Source: an uncultured cyanobacterium
GTDB taxonomy: Bacteria > Cyanobacteriota > Cyanobacteriia > PCC-6307 > Cyanobiaceae
Reading direction: 5' to 3'
DNA: 64,000 nucleotides
NCBI GenBank assembly: GCA_963697335.1
Contig: CAVONQ010000014.1
Coordinates: 96,001-160,000, forward strand
The notes under the pieces were generated by a model. That model was not told the origin of the DNA. It was given only the letters and a program-made list of their open reading frames with translations, and did not search any database. A program made the position numbers and the translations under genes. This document shows positions 39,388-51,394 of this stretch, in pieces. The first letter of the stretch is position 1. Each line of letters starts with the position of its first letter.

Positions 39388-40830
39388 GTGAGACTGAACC
39401 CAAGCCTTGCCCTGGATGCCGTGACCGTGGAGAGCCCCCCAGCGCCTGCCGGCGCCCTGCTCAACGTGGCGGTGGCCGCCATGCGCGACCCGGTGAGCCG
39501 CGGCCTCACCCAGCCGCTGGCTTGGCGGCTGGAGCAGCTGCAGCGCTTGGAGCAGCTGCTCGACGACCAGGCCGAGGCCATCGCCGCAGCCCTGGCCGCC
39601 GATCTGGGCAAACCGCCCTTGGAGGCCCAGTTCGAGCTGGTGGCCGTGCGCCAGGAGCTGCGCCACAGCCGCCGCCGCCTGCGCCGCTGGATGGCACCGC
39701 GCCGGGTGGGGCTGGATCTGGCCCTCAGGCCCGGTCGGGCCTGGGTGCAAGCGGAGCCCCTCGGCTGTGTGCTGATCATCGGGCCCTGGAACTATCCGGC
39801 CCAGCTCTGCCTGCATCCACTCGTGAGTGCCCTGGCCGCCGGCAACACGGCGGTGATCAAGCCCTCGGAGCACGCTCCCCACACCGCCGAGCTGCTGGCC
39901 AGGGCCGTGGCAGCCTCCTTTCCCCCGGAGGTGGTGCAGGTGGTGACCGGCGACGGCGCCGTGGCGGCGGCCCTGCTCGAGGAGCGCTTCGACCACATCC
40001 TGTTCACCGGCGGCGGCCGCGTGGGACGGCTGGTGATGGCGGCGGCGGCGCGCCATCTCACCCCGGTGACGCTGGAGCTGGGGGGCAAGAGCCCGGCGAT
40101 CGTGCTCGACGATGCCGATCTGGCCGTGAGCGGGCGGCGGCTGGCCTGGGGCAAGGGCCTCAATGCCGGCCAGACCTGTATCGCCCCCGACCACCTGCTG
40201 GTGGCCGAGTCCGTGCGGGAGGCCCTGGTGCAGGCGATCGCCGCCGAGCTCACCGGCTTCTACGGCAGCGATCCCCTGGCCTCTCCCGACCTGGGCACGA
40301 TCGTGAACCAGGCCCAGTACGAACGCCTGGAGGCCCTGCTGGAGGGGGCCCGCAGCCGCGGCCAGATCCTCCACGGCGGGGCCTGCGACCCCAGCCGGCG
40401 CAAGATCGCCCCCACCCTTGTGGCCGTGGCGGATGGCGACGATCCCCTGATGCAGGAGGAGCTGTTCGGACCGCTGCTGCCCGTGCTGAGCGTGGCCAAC
40501 CTCGACGAGGCCCTGGCCCAGGTGCGCTCACGGCCCAAGCCCCTGGCGCTCTACCTGTTCACGCGCTCGGAGACCGCCCGGCAGCAGGTGCTGGCTGGCA
40601 CCAGCTCCGGCTCGGTGTGCTTCAACGACGTGGTGATGCAGGCCGGGGCCACAGCCCTTCCTTTTGGCGGGGTGGGCGAGAGCGGCCTGGGCCGCTACCA
40701 CGGCAAGGCCGGCTTCGACACCTTCTCGCACCAGCGCAGCGTGCTGAGCCGTCCGTTCTGGCTCGACCTGCCCGTGCGCTACCCGCCCTACGCCGGCAAG
40801 CTCGCCCTGGTGAAACGGCTGCTGGGCTGA
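39388..40830 (+). CDS. aldehyde dehydrogenase (ALDH3-like)
   Basis: IGPWNYP, IKPSE, FTGG, LELGGKSP, NAGQTCIAPD, EELFGP, PFGGVGESG. Confidence 0.95.
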   Translation: MRLNPSLALDAVTVESPPAPAGALLNVAVAAMRDPVSRGLTQPLAWRLEQLQRLEQLLDDQAEAIAAALAADLGKPPLEAQFELVAVRQELRHSRRRLRRWMAPRRVGLDLALRPGRAWVQAEPLGCVLIIGPWNYPAQLCLHPLVSALAAGNTAVIKPSEHAPHTAELLARAVAASFPPEVVQVVTGDGAVAAALLEERFDHILFTGGGRVGRLVMAAAARHLTPVTLELGGKSPAIVLDDADLAVSGRRLAWGKGLNAGQTCIAPDHLLVAESVREALVQAIAAELTGFYGSDPLASPDLGTIVNQAQYERLEALLEGARSRGQILHGGACDPSRRKIAPTLVAVADGDDPLMQEELFGPLLPVLSVANLDEALAQVRSRPKPLALYLFTRSETARQQVLAGTSSGSVCFNDVVMQAGATALPFGGVGESGLGRYHGKAGFDTFSHQRSVLSRPFWLDLPVRYPPYAGKLALVKRLLG

Positions 40831-40946
40831 GGCGGCGGGCGCCCCGGGGCTGCGGAGTGATCAGCAGTGGTGATCCCGCTGGGCCTCGGGGGGGCTGGAC
40901 GAGGCGATCACAGCCCTTACCTTGACGCCAGCTCTGCGTAGCGTCG

Positions 40947-42674
40947 ATGCACCGCGCCCTTGCAGCCCTGGCCCTGGCGATGGCGTCGCCGCTGCCCCTC
41001 CTCCTGGCTGGCCCCGCCTTCGCCCAGGTGGTGGTCCGCTCCGGCGAGACCCTCTCCGAACTGGCGGAGCGCCACGGCGTGAGCCTCTCGGGGTTGATGC
41101 AGGCCAACGGCATCAGCAACCCCGACCACGTGATGGTGGGCCAGACCCTGGTGATCCCCGGTGCCGCCCGCAGTGGGCAGCGGGCCTCAAGTGGCCGGGG
41201 CGGCAAGGTGACCGTGCAGCCCGGGGACACCCTCTCCGAGATCGCGGCCCGTGAAGGGGTGGGCCTGACGGCGCTGATGCAGGCCAACGGCCTCGGCAAT
41301 GCCGACCACGTGATGGTGGGCGAGCAGCTGGTGATCCCGGGCGGGGGGCGCAGCAGCTCAGCCGCCTCCGCCAGCGCGGCCCGCAAGAGCACCCCCACGG
41401 CGCCCTACACGGTGAAGAGCGGCGAAACCCTCTCCGACATCGCCGCTCACTTCGGCACCAGCACCCAACGGCTGATCCAGATCAACGGGATCAGTGACCC
41501 CGACCACGTCATGGCCGGCTCGCGGCTCCAGATCCCCGTTCGCCCCGGCGCCCGCCCAGTCGCGCCGAGCTCCAGCCCCGCCAAGGGCTCCGCCACGGCG
41601 AAAGAGCACCTGGTGAGCCCGGGCGAGAGCCTGGGCGACATCGCCAGCCGCTACGGCACATCGGTAGCCCGGCTCAGTGCCCTCAACGGCATCGACGATC
41701 CCGATCTGGTGCCTGCCGGCATGCGCCTGAAGCTGGTGGGCAACCCGCCCACCAAGGCCGCGGCGGCACCCGCCCCCAAAGCGGCTGCCAAGCCCGTCGC
41801 CAAGCCAGCAGCTCGGCCTGTGGCCAAGCCAACGGCGCAGCCAGAGCCCAGCTCCACTCCAGATCAGACAGCGGCGGCGCAGGAACCCGCCAGCACCTCC
41901 TCTCCCGCCAGCACCTCCCCTGAAGCGTCCACTGAAGAACCTGCCGCCGCTCCAGCAGCCCAGCAGCCCCTGATTCAGGCCAGCGGTGCCCTGGCGCCCC
42001 GCGCCGAAACCGCAACCGATGGCCTGGCCCCAAGGGCCAGCGTGGCTCCCGCAGCCACAGCCCTCCAAGCGACGACCCCCGCAGCCATGCCGGTCGCTGC
42101 CACGGCCACCGCAGCCACGGCCACGGCCACGGCCACGGCAGCCTCGGCAGCCACCGCAAGCAAAGCCAACGCAGCGGCCAGCAGCGCCCGTGGCACCACC
42201 AGCTCGCTGGCCACCAGGGCAGCCACCAGCACGGTTACCGCGGTGGCTCCCCAGGCCTCCAGCAGCCGCCTCGCCCTGGCCACCGCCGGGGTGGGCAGCA
42301 TGAGCCAGGCCACCGCCGCCCCAGTCAAGGCGGCCAGCGCCGCCGCGGCCAGCTCGACCATCGCCGCCCGGGCCGTCAGCAGCACGACCGCCAAGCCCGC
42401 CAGCACCAGCAGCGCCCCCGCCAGCGAGGAGACCCACGACTGGCGCAGCTATGGGCCCCTGCAGGTGGACTGGGCCAACTGGAAGCCCATGGGCGGCAGC
42501 TACGTGGCCCCCACCCTCAACAGCGCAGGAGACCCCCTCTACCTCGCCATCAACTGCGGGGCCCGCAAAGTGAATGCCACCAGCCAGTCGGGCCAGTGGA
42601 GCACCTGGGAAGACCCCTCCAACGACGACGAGCAGAAGCTGGTGACCGATCTCTGCAAGACCAAGGGCGGCTGA
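40947..42674 (+). CDS. LysM peptidoglycan-binding protein (4 LysM domains, Ala/Thr/Ser linker, C-terminal domain)
   Basis: signal peptide; four V..G(E/D)(T/S)L..IA...G......N.....D.V repeats; WRSYGPLQVDW C-terminal domain. Confidence 0.9.
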   Translation: MHRALAALALAMASPLPLLLAGPAFAQVVVRSGETLSELAERHGVSLSGLMQANGISNPDHVMVGQTLVIPGAARSGQRASSGRGGKVTVQPGDTLSEIAAREGVGLTALMQANGLGNADHVMVGEQLVIPGGGRSSSAASASAARKSTPTAPYTVKSGETLSDIAAHFGTSTQRLIQINGISDPDHVMAGSRLQIPVRPGARPVAPSSSPAKGSATAKEHLVSPGESLGDIASRYGTSVARLSALNGIDDPDLVPAGMRLKLVGNPPTKAAAAPAPKAAAKPVAKPAARPVAKPTAQPEPSSTPDQTAAAQEPASTSSPASTSPEASTEEPAAAPAAQQPLIQASGALAPRAETATDGLAPRASVAPAATALQATTPAAMPVAATATAATATATATAASAATASKANAAASSARGTTSSLATRAATSTVTAVAPQASSSRLALATAGVGSMSQATAAPVKAASAAAASSTIAARAVSSTTAKPASTSSAPASEETHDWRSYGPLQVDWANWKPMGGSYVAPTLNSAGDPLYLAINCGARKVNATSQSGQWSTWEDPSNDDEQKLVTDLCKTKGG

Positions 42675-42677
42675 GCC

Positions 42678-44279
<1,602 letters not shown>

Positions 44280-44323
44280 AGCTAGTGCTACGAGACCTTA
44301 ATCGGCCCCAGATGTGGGGTGGA

Positions 44324-45364
44324 TCAGGGCAACGGCGGGGCCGGCAGCTGCTCGGGGCTCTCCTCCACCAGCTGCAGCCGCAGCCGCTTGCCGCCGGCCA
44401 GCTCCCCCAGGGACACCCGCAGCACGTTGCCGCTGAGTGACTGCAGCGCGGTGAGCAGGTCGCGCAGGTGGGGCGTGCTGCTGCCGCTCTCCACCCACAG
44501 CCGTTCCTGCAGGCCGCCCAGCCGCCGCCAACTGGTGTGCAGCTTGAGGGCGGCCGCCTCGAGGGCCTGGGCCTGACCCACCGCATCGGCCAGCAGGCCG
44601 AGGGCGTCGAGGCGCTGGGCCTCCTGCAGGGCCTTCTCGAACTGCAGGTCCCCGTGCTGAAAGGCCCGCACCGCCAGGGCGGCCTCCGCCGCCTTGGAGA
44701 GCCAGCGGGCGGTGCTGGTCACGTCGCGGATGCGATCGAGCTCGGGCTCCTCCCGCAGCACCCGGCGCAGGTCGTCCTGCTGCTCCTCCGGCAACTTGGC
44801 CAGCTCCTTCACCAGGGGCGCCACCACCCGTGGCGGCAGCAGGTTCTCGGCGGTGCGCTGGCGGATCTCCTCGGGCAGCAGGGGGCTGGTGGCCGCGGTG
44901 AACTCGTCGCTGAGGCGCCGCACCTGCTTGCGGGTGATCTGCTGACCGTCGTTGGCGGCCTCCGAGATCATCTGCTGCACCTCCGGATCCGCCTGGGCCG
45001 TCTCCAGGAAGGCCCGCTTCGAGAAGTTGTTCACGCTCTGCTCCTCCAGCAGCCCCTCACCCACCAGGTCCTGGGCCGATTCGGCCAGCTGGATCAAGGT
45101 GTAGGCCCGGGTCTTGCTGATCTCCCGCTCCCGCAACCACTGCAGAAAGCCGGTGCCGCGGCCCTCGCCGCCCCGCTTTTCCCGATCCCGCACGGCCCGC
45201 AGGATCCGCCCCCGCCAGATCTCCGTCTGCAGGTCGAAGCGATCGCACACGGCCCAGGCCTCCTCGAGGCGGGCCAGGAACTCCATGGTGCTGATCGTGT
45301 CGCTGTCCGGATCGGGCAGCTCCAGGGAGAGAACGGGCGGGGCGGAGAGCTCCGTGGGCGCCAT
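44324..45364 (-). CDS. conserved cyanobacterial hypothetical protein
   Basis: [46 protein letters not shown]; coding-like codon bias. Confidence 0.8.
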   Translation of the reverse strand: MAPTELSAPPVLSLELPDPDSDTISTMEFLARLEEAWAVCDRFDLQTEIWRGRILRAVRDREKRGGEGRGTGFLQWLREREISKTRAYTLIQLAESAQDLVGEGLLEEQSVNNFSKRAFLETAQADPEVQQMISEAANDGQQITRKQVRRLSDEFTAATSPLLPEEIRQRTAENLLPPRVVAPLVKELAKLPEEQQDDLRRVLREEPELDRIRDVTSTARWLSKAAEAALAVRAFQHGDLQFEKALQEAQRLDALGLLADAVGQAQALEAAALKLHTSWRRLGGLQERLWVESGSSTPHLRDLLTALQSLSGNVLRVSLGELAGGKRLRLQLVEESPEQLPAPPLP

Positions 45365-45504
45365 GGGCCGGTGCCGGCAGCAGTGCCGCCGATGCTCCCA
45401 CGGGTTCGGTTCGGCCAAGGGCGACGAAACGTGACGCCGCCGCCAACGGCGCCTGGCGGGCCGGGTATCTTCCCTACGACAGCCTCCGAATCCACAGCGC
45501 AGCG

Positions 45505-45714
45505 ATGGCTATTTCCCGCGGCGACAAAGTGCGCATCAAGCGTCCCGAGTCCTACTGGTTCAACGAAGTCGGCACCGTCGCCTCGGTCGACACCTCCGGG
45601 ATCCGCTATCCGGTGGTGGTTCGCTTCGACAAGGTGAACTACAGCGGCTACAGCGGCTCCGAGGGCGGCATCAACACCAACAACTTCGCCGAAGCGGAAC
45701 TGGACAAGGCCTGA
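45505..45714 (+). CDS. psaE: photosystem I subunit IV
   Basis: [43 protein letters not shown]. Confidence 0.98.
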   Translation: MAISRGDKVRIKRPESYWFNEVGTVASVDTSGIRYPVVVRFDKVNYSGYSGSEGGINTNNFAEAELDKA

Positions 45715-45828
45715 GCCTCGGCTCAGAGCCCAGGTTGATTCCCCTGCCTACTCGGTGGGGGGATCAGCTGCAGCGTTGTCATGGCAACGCAGGATGGCTG
45801 ACAACCAGCTAGTCCTTTCGCCTCCTCC

Positions 45829-46674
45829 GTGCCGGAACTTCCAGAAGTTGAAACGGTGCGGCGGGGCCTGGAACAGCGCACCAGTGGTTTCACGATCAAG
45901 GCCGTCGCGGTGCTCCGGGACAGGGCTGTGGCCAGCCCCCCCGATCCCTCTGCCTTCATCCATGCCCTGGAAGGCTGCACGGTTGAAGCCTGGAGCCGTC
46001 GGGGCAAGTATCTGATTGCGGAGCTCAGCCGCGGCGATTGTGATGCGGGCCACTGGGGCGTGCACCTGCGGATGACGGGGCAGTTTCTCTGGCTGGAGCA
46101 GCCGCAAGAGCCGTGCTCTCACACCAGGGTGCAGTTCTGGAACGCAGCAGGCCAGGAGTTGCGCTTCATCGACACCCGCAGCTTCGGGCAGATGTGGTGG
46201 GTGCCGGCCGGCCAGCCCGTTGACACGGTGATCACCGGCCTGCAACGGCTGGGCCCCGAACCCCTGGGCCCGGACTTCACAGCCACCTACCTGCGCCAGC
46301 GGCTGCGGGGCTCCAGCCGCCCGATCAAGAACGCCCTGCTGGATCAGGCCGTGGTGGCGGGCGTGGGCAACATCTACGCCGATGAATCCCTGTTCGCCGC
46401 CGGGATCCGCCCCCACACCCTCAGCGGCAGCCTCAGCCGCCCGCGGCTGGAGGGCCTGCGGCAGGCCCTGGTGGAGGTGCTCACCATCAGCATCGGCGCC
46501 GGGGGCACCACCTTCAGCGACTTCCGCGACCTCACGGGCACCAACGGCAACTACGGCGGCGTGGCCCTGGTGTATCGCCGCGGCGGCGAGCCCTGCCGGC
46601 GTTGCGGCCAACCGATCCAGCGTCAGAAGCTGGCAGGCCGCAGCAGCCACTGGTGCCCGAACTGCCAGCATTGA
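45829..46674 (+). CDS. mutM: formamidopyrimidine-DNA glycosylase
   Basis: MPELPEVETV, RRGKYL, HLRMTG, GVGNIYADESLF, C-terminal zinc finger. Confidence 0.97.
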   Translation: MPELPEVETVRRGLEQRTSGFTIKAVAVLRDRAVASPPDPSAFIHALEGCTVEAWSRRGKYLIAELSRGDCDAGHWGVHLRMTGQFLWLEQPQEPCSHTRVQFWNAAGQELRFIDTRSFGQMWWVPAGQPVDTVITGLQRLGPEPLGPDFTATYLRQRLRGSSRPIKNALLDQAVVAGVGNIYADESLFAAGIRPHTLSGSLSRPRLEGLRQALVEVLTISIGAGGTTFSDFRDLTGTNGNYGGVALVYRRGGEPCRRCGQPIQRQKLAGRSSHWCPNCQH

Positions 46675-46700
46675 GGCCTCTCACCCTCCAGCCGATCCCA

Positions 46701-47396
46701 TTGGCCGCGTCCGTTCTGCCCATCCCGGCACCAAACCCTCAGCCTCCGGACCGTGCGGCCCTGGCCAGGGCGCTGAGCGAGGCGATGGCCGCGGTGCATC
46801 GCCGGGGCTGGTGCGAGGGCACCGGCGGAAACTTCAGCTGCGTGCTCCGCCGGAACCCCCTCGCCCTTCTCATGGCGCCCAGCGGGGTGGACAAGGGCAC
46901 GGTGCCCCCGGAGGCCCTGCTCACGGTGGATGGCAGCGGCGCCGTGCTGAAGGGTCACGGCCACGCCAGCGCCGAAACCCTGCTGCACCTGGCCATCGTG
47001 GAGAGCACCGGCGCGGGCGCCGTGCTCCACACCCATTCCCAGGCCGGCACCCTGCTGTCCCGCCATCACGGGCCCTCCCAGGAGGGGGTGGGTGGGCTGG
47101 CCCTGCGGGATCTGGAAATGCTCAAAGGGTTGGAGGGGGTGCGCACCCACGCCACGGAGGTGGTGGTGCCGGTGCTGGCCAACGACCAGGACCTGCGGCG
47201 GCTCAGCACCAGGGCCCGGCCGCTGCTGCCCGAGGCACCGATGGGACTGCTGATTGCCGGCCACGGCCTCTATGCCTGGGGGAGCGATCTGCAGCAGGCC
47301 CGCCGCCATCTAGAGATCCACGAGTTCCTGCTGGAGCAGCACTGGCGGCAACTCCTGCTCGAGGGGCTGCTCAACCAACGAGCCGCTCAGCCATGA
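46701..47396 (+). CDS. mtnB: methylthioribulose-1-phosphate dehydratase
   Basis: GWCEGTGGNFS, APSGVDKG, SAETLLH, VLHTHS, HGLYAWG; start uncertain. Confidence 0.92.
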   Translation: MAASVLPIPAPNPQPPDRAALARALSEAMAAVHRRGWCEGTGGNFSCVLRRNPLALLMAPSGVDKGTVPPEALLTVDGSGAVLKGHGHASAETLLHLAIVESTGAGAVLHTHSQAGTLLSRHHGPSQEGVGGLALRDLEMLKGLEGVRTHATEVVVPVLANDQDLRRLSTRARPLLPEAPMGLLIAGHGLYAWGSDLQQARRHLEIHEFLLEQHWRQLLLEGLLNQRAAQP

Positions 47397-48169
47397 GCAC
47401 CCCACCATCACGCCCCACCGTGACCTGCCGGACAGTGACCTGCCGAGGCGTCAGCCACCTGCTGCTCGACATCGAAGGCACCACCTGCCCGGTGAGTTTC
47501 GTCGCCGAGGTGCTGTTCCCCTACGCAGCCGCTCAACTGAACAGCTACCTCCAGGAGCACGCCCACGACAGCCAGGTGTTGGCCCTGCTGGATGAGGCCG
47601 AAGCGGCGTGGGCCCAGGACTCTGACCCAGCCGCGCAACAGCTGCGCGCCCAGCCGGGCGCCCGGGTGCACGACTACCTCACCCTGCTGATCCAGCAGGA
47701 CCGCAAGCTCACCGCCTTGAAGCAGCTTCAGGGGCTGATCTGGGAGCAGGGCTACGCCGAAGGGGCGCTCCGCTCACCGCTGTTCGACGACGTGCCCCCA
47801 GCCCTGCACCGCTGGACCCAGCAGGGCCTGATCCTGGCGGTGTATTCGTCGGGATCCGTGCAAGCCCAGCAGCTGCTGTACAAACACAGCAGTGCCGGTG
47901 ATCTGAGCTCCTGCTTCAGCCACTGGTTTGATACCCGCAGTGGCGCTAAACGTGAGCCTCCCAGCTACAGCGAGATCGCCGAAAGGATGGAAGCTGCCGC
48001 CTCACGGATCCTGTTCATCAGCGACGCGCTGGAGGAATGCGTTGCAGCTGAACAGGCAGGCCTGCAGGTGGTGTTCAGCTCCCGACCCGGCAATCCCGCC
48101 AGGGATGCCGGGTCGTTTCCGTGGGTGGATGACTACGCCAACCTGGTGATCCAGCCTGCAGGAGCCTGA
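47393..48169 (+). CDS. mtnC: acireductone synthase (enolase-phosphatase E1)
   Basis: LLDIEGTTCPVSFV..LFPY, DRK.T.LK.LQG.IW..GY, YSSGSV.AQ, LFISD. Confidence 0.93.
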   Translation: MSTPPSRPTVTCRTVTCRGVSHLLLDIEGTTCPVSFVAEVLFPYAAAQLNSYLQEHAHDSQVLALLDEAEAAWAQDSDPAAQQLRAQPGARVHDYLTLLIQQDRKLTALKQLQGLIWEQGYAEGALRSPLFDDVPPALHRWTQQGLILAVYSSGSVQAQQLLYKHSSAGDLSSCFSHWFDTRSGAKREPPSYSEIAERMEAAASRILFISDALEECVAAEQAGLQVVFSSRPGNPARDAGSFPWVDDYANLVIQPAGA

Positions 48170-48185
48170 TCCTGCAGGCTGGATC
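48148..48185. terminator. perfect 16-bp hairpin between convergent genes (likely bidirectional terminator)
   Basis: GATCCAGCCTGCAGGA-gcctga-TCCTGCAGGCTGGATC, spanning the mtnC stop. Confidence 0.65.
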
Positions 48186-48216
48186 CTGATCCTGCCGGTG
48201 GAAATCCGGGGCCACC

Positions 48217-48810
48217 TCAGCGCGAGGAGTTGCCGCCGCCACCACCGCCGCCGCCATCAAAGCAACCGCCGATGGCACAGCCCACCAGGGCGCCGGCGGC
48301 AATGATGGGCAGCCAGATCCAACCCGGGGCTCCCCCGCCACCAGCCGCCGCCACGGCGCCCCGCTGCACCGTGAACAGCTTGGTGGCCTCAGTGCAGGAC
48401 GTCGCCCACGGGGCGGGGAGGTCGACCCGGACGATCTGGCCGACCTGCACGTCCTCCTCGTGGGGAATGGTGAGGGTGTTGCCAGAAATCTCGCCATTCG
48501 ACGAACTGATGATTTCGATGATGTTGCCATCGAGATCCCGCACCACCACCTGCTCAGCAGCCAGGGGGGCCAGGCTGCTATCGCAGCGGAAGGTGAAGTC
48601 ATCGGCGCCTCGGGCCAGGCGAATCACGTCATCGTCGTTGGCCTGGGCCTGGCTGATCAGGGTTGCCTGGGCGCGTTGCAGGTCGGGCAGGGCCTGGACG
48701 CCTGATTCATCGATCCTCACCACCCGCAGGCCAATCTCAGGCAAGGCCCGCACCGGCAACGCCGAGAGAGAAAAACTGGCAGCCATGGCGGCCGGGAGCA
48801 GAAAACGCAT
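48217..48810 (-). CDS. exported hypothetical protein with C-terminal TM and poly-Gly tail
   Basis: N-terminal signal peptide (..PVRA); C-terminus GGGGAPGWIWLPIIAAGALVGCAIGGCFDGGGGGGGGNSSR. Confidence 0.65.
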   Translation of the reverse strand: MRFLLPAAMAASFSLSALPVRALPEIGLRVVRIDESGVQALPDLQRAQATLISQAQANDDDVIRLARGADDFTFRCDSSLAPLAAEQVVVRDLDGNIIEIISSSNGEISGNTLTIPHEEDVQVGQIVRVDLPAPWATSCTEATKLFTVQRGAVAAAGGGGAPGWIWLPIIAAGALVGCAIGGCFDGGGGGGGGNSSR

Positions 48811-48909
48811 GACTCAGCGGGAAAAGAGGTGCTCAAAGGTGAGGTCGCAATGCTAGGCGCCAATCCAACTGTCAGGAACAGATCCAGCCGTCAGGCAGTC
48901 ATCACAGGC

Positions 48910-50103
48910 TCAGAACGATAAAGTCATTTTCCCATAGTAGCGGGTTTCGCAGGGATCACTGCTGCAGAACGAGGCGATGTAATCGGGGCGATTGCCGAGG
49001 AAGTCTGTGGCATAAAGCGACAGTGTGAGTGGAATCGCATCGATCGGCCGTACCGAAATCCCAGCACCGAAGCCGTAACCAAACCATTCAGCCCCGATTG
49101 AAACCCTGCTGTTGAGATAGAGCTGGATAGATCCAATCGCCGCCCAGTAGCAATCCGTTCCCGTGGGGAAGGTTGGGCTGCTGATGTTGTTGCCACTCAG
49201 ACAGTTGGTGGAGCCGAGGCTTCCCCTGTTGCTGGTGTTGCCATAGCCATAGAAATCAGAGCCGATCCCCACCGTTCCCACAGCCCACATCCCATTGGGC
49301 CCTTCTCCAAGGGGGATGGCCTGGGAGAGCACCAGATAGAAGTTGCGCCCCAGGTCAGTGCTGCTGTCGAGTTGCAGGATGTGCTCGCCGCCGAAGGCCA
49401 GGCCCGTGGTGGGAGTGAGATTCACCGCGGTGCGAAAGCCGAGGCTCTGGGCCGCGAATTGGGAGGTGCCCTCGTTGCGGCCGCTCAGGCTCTGCACGGC
49501 CCACTGGAAGCCCAGGCTGGCTCTCTCTCCCTTGAAGGGGGTGATTTCCAGGTAGGCCACCGCGTCGGCACAGTCGCTCGCGCTGGTTTCCCCTCCGACC
49601 CGACAGCTGCGGGTGCGGTTCACGCCATCGAGGATGGCGGACACGGTGAACTCCGGGTCCATGGCGAAGCCGTTGGGCACGAACAGGCCCGCATCGGGAA
49701 AGGGGTTCCCGTTCACGGTGATGCCCCTGGCCAAACCCCTGATCTGGGTGGGCTGGGGCTCCGGTTCAGGCAAGATGTCGGGATCGGGAGCCGCCAGCGC
49801 CTCCGCCACCGCAGCTTCAGGGTCGATCACCTCGGAGGCAGGCACCAGCTCCCAGGCCAACGACGCCGCAGGATCGATCTGTGCCGCCTCAGCAGCTGGA
49901 GCAGCTCCAGCTGCGGCATCAACACCCACGGCGCCCGTTGGTTCCCGCACCGGTTCCCAGCGAAGGGCGGATGACTCACCTGGAGCGGGAGGCTCGTCGA
50001 GCGTCCACACGCGTGACTGGGCCAGCGATGCGGGGGTACTCAGCAGGGCCAACGTAGGGCAGGCCAGAATGGCCACGGTGCTGGAGAGAAAGCGCAACAG
50101 CAC
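48910..50103 (-). CDS. putative outer-membrane beta-barrel protein
   Basis: signal peptide, acidic/Pro linker, alternating Gly/aromatic strands, terminal YYGKMTLSF. Confidence 0.65.
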   Translation of the reverse strand: MLLRFLSSTVAILACPTLALLSTPASLAQSRVWTLDEPPAPGESSALRWEPVREPTGAVGVDAAAGAAPAAEAAQIDPAASLAWELVPASEVIDPEAAVAEALAAPDPDILPEPEPQPTQIRGLARGITVNGNPFPDAGLFVPNGFAMDPEFTVSAILDGVNRTRSCRVGGETSASDCADAVAYLEITPFKGERASLGFQWAVQSLSGRNEGTSQFAAQSLGFRTAVNLTPTTGLAFGGEHILQLDSSTDLGRNFYLVLSQAIPLGEGPNGMWAVGTVGIGSDFYGYGNTSNRGSLGSTNCLSGNNISSPTFPTGTDCYWAAIGSIQLYLNSRVSIGAEWFGYGFGAGISVRPIDAIPLTLSLYATDFLGNRPDYIASFCSSDPCETRYYGKMTLSF

Positions 50104-50290
50104 GCCAAATCATCTGCCCCGCCAACCTTAAAGCCCCACCCCCCATCAGGTGGTATGGCAACAGGCCGATGATCAGATTGGGGCAGGGGCTGGCGGAGCC
50201 AGCACTTCGGCACAAGGGGCCCTGAGCCCAGGCTGCTGCAGCGGATACCATTAGCGTCAGCCCACGGCCCCTAGCTTCCCCACGGCACCC

Positions 50291-51394
50291 ATGGTTCGGA
50301 ACGCCCGCAGGTTTCGCTGCTTAGGTCCCCTGGTGGCGGTGGCAACTGCGGTCAGCTTGTCCATACCTGGTGCCCAGGCCCAGGGTCCTGGAGCGGTAGC
50401 TCCAGGAGAAGCTCTGATCCAGGAATCGATCCTGCAGGATGATGTCTACATCCTTGGACCGGGTGATGGCCTGCAGCTCAGACTGCTGGCCGCCACTGAT
50501 CTCTCTGGTCCGGTGGATATTCTCAACGACGGCACGGCGGCGCTGCCCTTGCTGGGCAATGTGGTGCTGTCCGGCCTCACCCTGTCGCAGGCCAGCCAAT
50601 GGCTGCAGTTGCTCTACAGGGAGCAACTGCTGCGGCCTGATCTGCAACTCAGCGTGGTGCGCCCGCGCCCCCTGCGGGTGGCGGTGATTGGGGAGGTGGA
50701 ACGGCCTGGGCTGTACACCCTCACCACCTCGGAAGCCTCCACAACTCAGGCCGCCGTGGCGATCACCGGGGTGTCCACCCTGGTGGATGCGGTTCAGAAG
50801 GCTGGCGGCATCACCGGGCTGGCCAACCTGCGCCAGGTGACCCTGCAGCGTCGGGTCCCAGGGTCACCACCTCGGTTCAAGCGCACCCGCGTGAATCTGC
50901 TTGATCTGGTGCTGGAAGGCGATCAGCTGCAGAATCCAGTGCTCTTCGATGGCGACACCATCCGGGTGGAGCGGGCCGTGGAAGAAGTGGCCGAGCTCAC
51001 CGAGCTGGCCGCCACCACCCTGTCGCCGCAGGCGATCGATGTGAATGTGGTGGGAGAGGTGAAGGCTCCTGGACGCCTGCAGGTGCCCGCCAACACGCCG
51101 ATGATGCAGGCGGTGCTGGCAGCCGGTGGGGTGCAGCCCTGGCGGGCCAGCACCTCAAAGCTGGAGCTGGTGCGGATCAACCGCAACGGCACCGTGACCC
51201 GCCGCCTCTACTCCCTGGATTTTGACCAGGGCCCCTCCAACCTCAAGAACCCCCCCCTGCGGCAAGGCGACACCGTGATCGTGAACCGCAGCCGCTATGC
51301 GGTCACCGCCGATGCTGTGCAGGCGGTGACCCAGCCCATCACCGGCCTGGTGAATGTGCTGGCGCTGATCCAGATCCTGGACAACACAAACTGA
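50291..51394 (+). CDS. wza: second polysaccharide export protein (OPX/Wza, SLBB)
   Basis: YILGPGD, DGTAALPLLG, IGEVERPGLY, KAGGIT, VVGEVKAPG; clear paralogue of 35243..36412. Confidence 0.9.
   Translation: MVRNARRFRCLGPLVAVATAVSLSIPGAQAQGPGAVAPGEALIQESILQDDVYILGPGDGLQLRLLAATDLSGPVDILNDGTAALPLLGNVVLSGLTLSQASQWLQLLYREQLLRPDLQLSVVRPRPLRVAVIGEVERPGLYTLTTSEASTTQAAVAITGVSTLVDAVQKAGGITGLANLRQVTLQRRVPGSPPRFKRTRVNLLDLVLEGDQLQNPVLFDGDTIRVERAVEEVAELTELAATTLSPQAIDVNVVGEVKAPGRLQVPANTPMMQAVLAAGGVQPWRASTSKLELVRINRNGTVTRRLYSLDFDQGPSNLKNPPLRQGDTVIVNRSRYAVTADAVQAVTQPITGLVNVLALIQILDNTN

Noticed and set aside
47420..47445. Short tandem duplication GTGACCTGCCG (VTCRTVTCR) at the mtnC N-terminus
   Set aside because: In-frame micro-duplication in a variable leader; no evident function
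46382..48169. 595-aa ORF suggesting a large MtnC fusion
   Set aside because: The upstream part overlaps mutM and mtnB in another frame; the real start is ATG 47393, coupled to the mtnB stop
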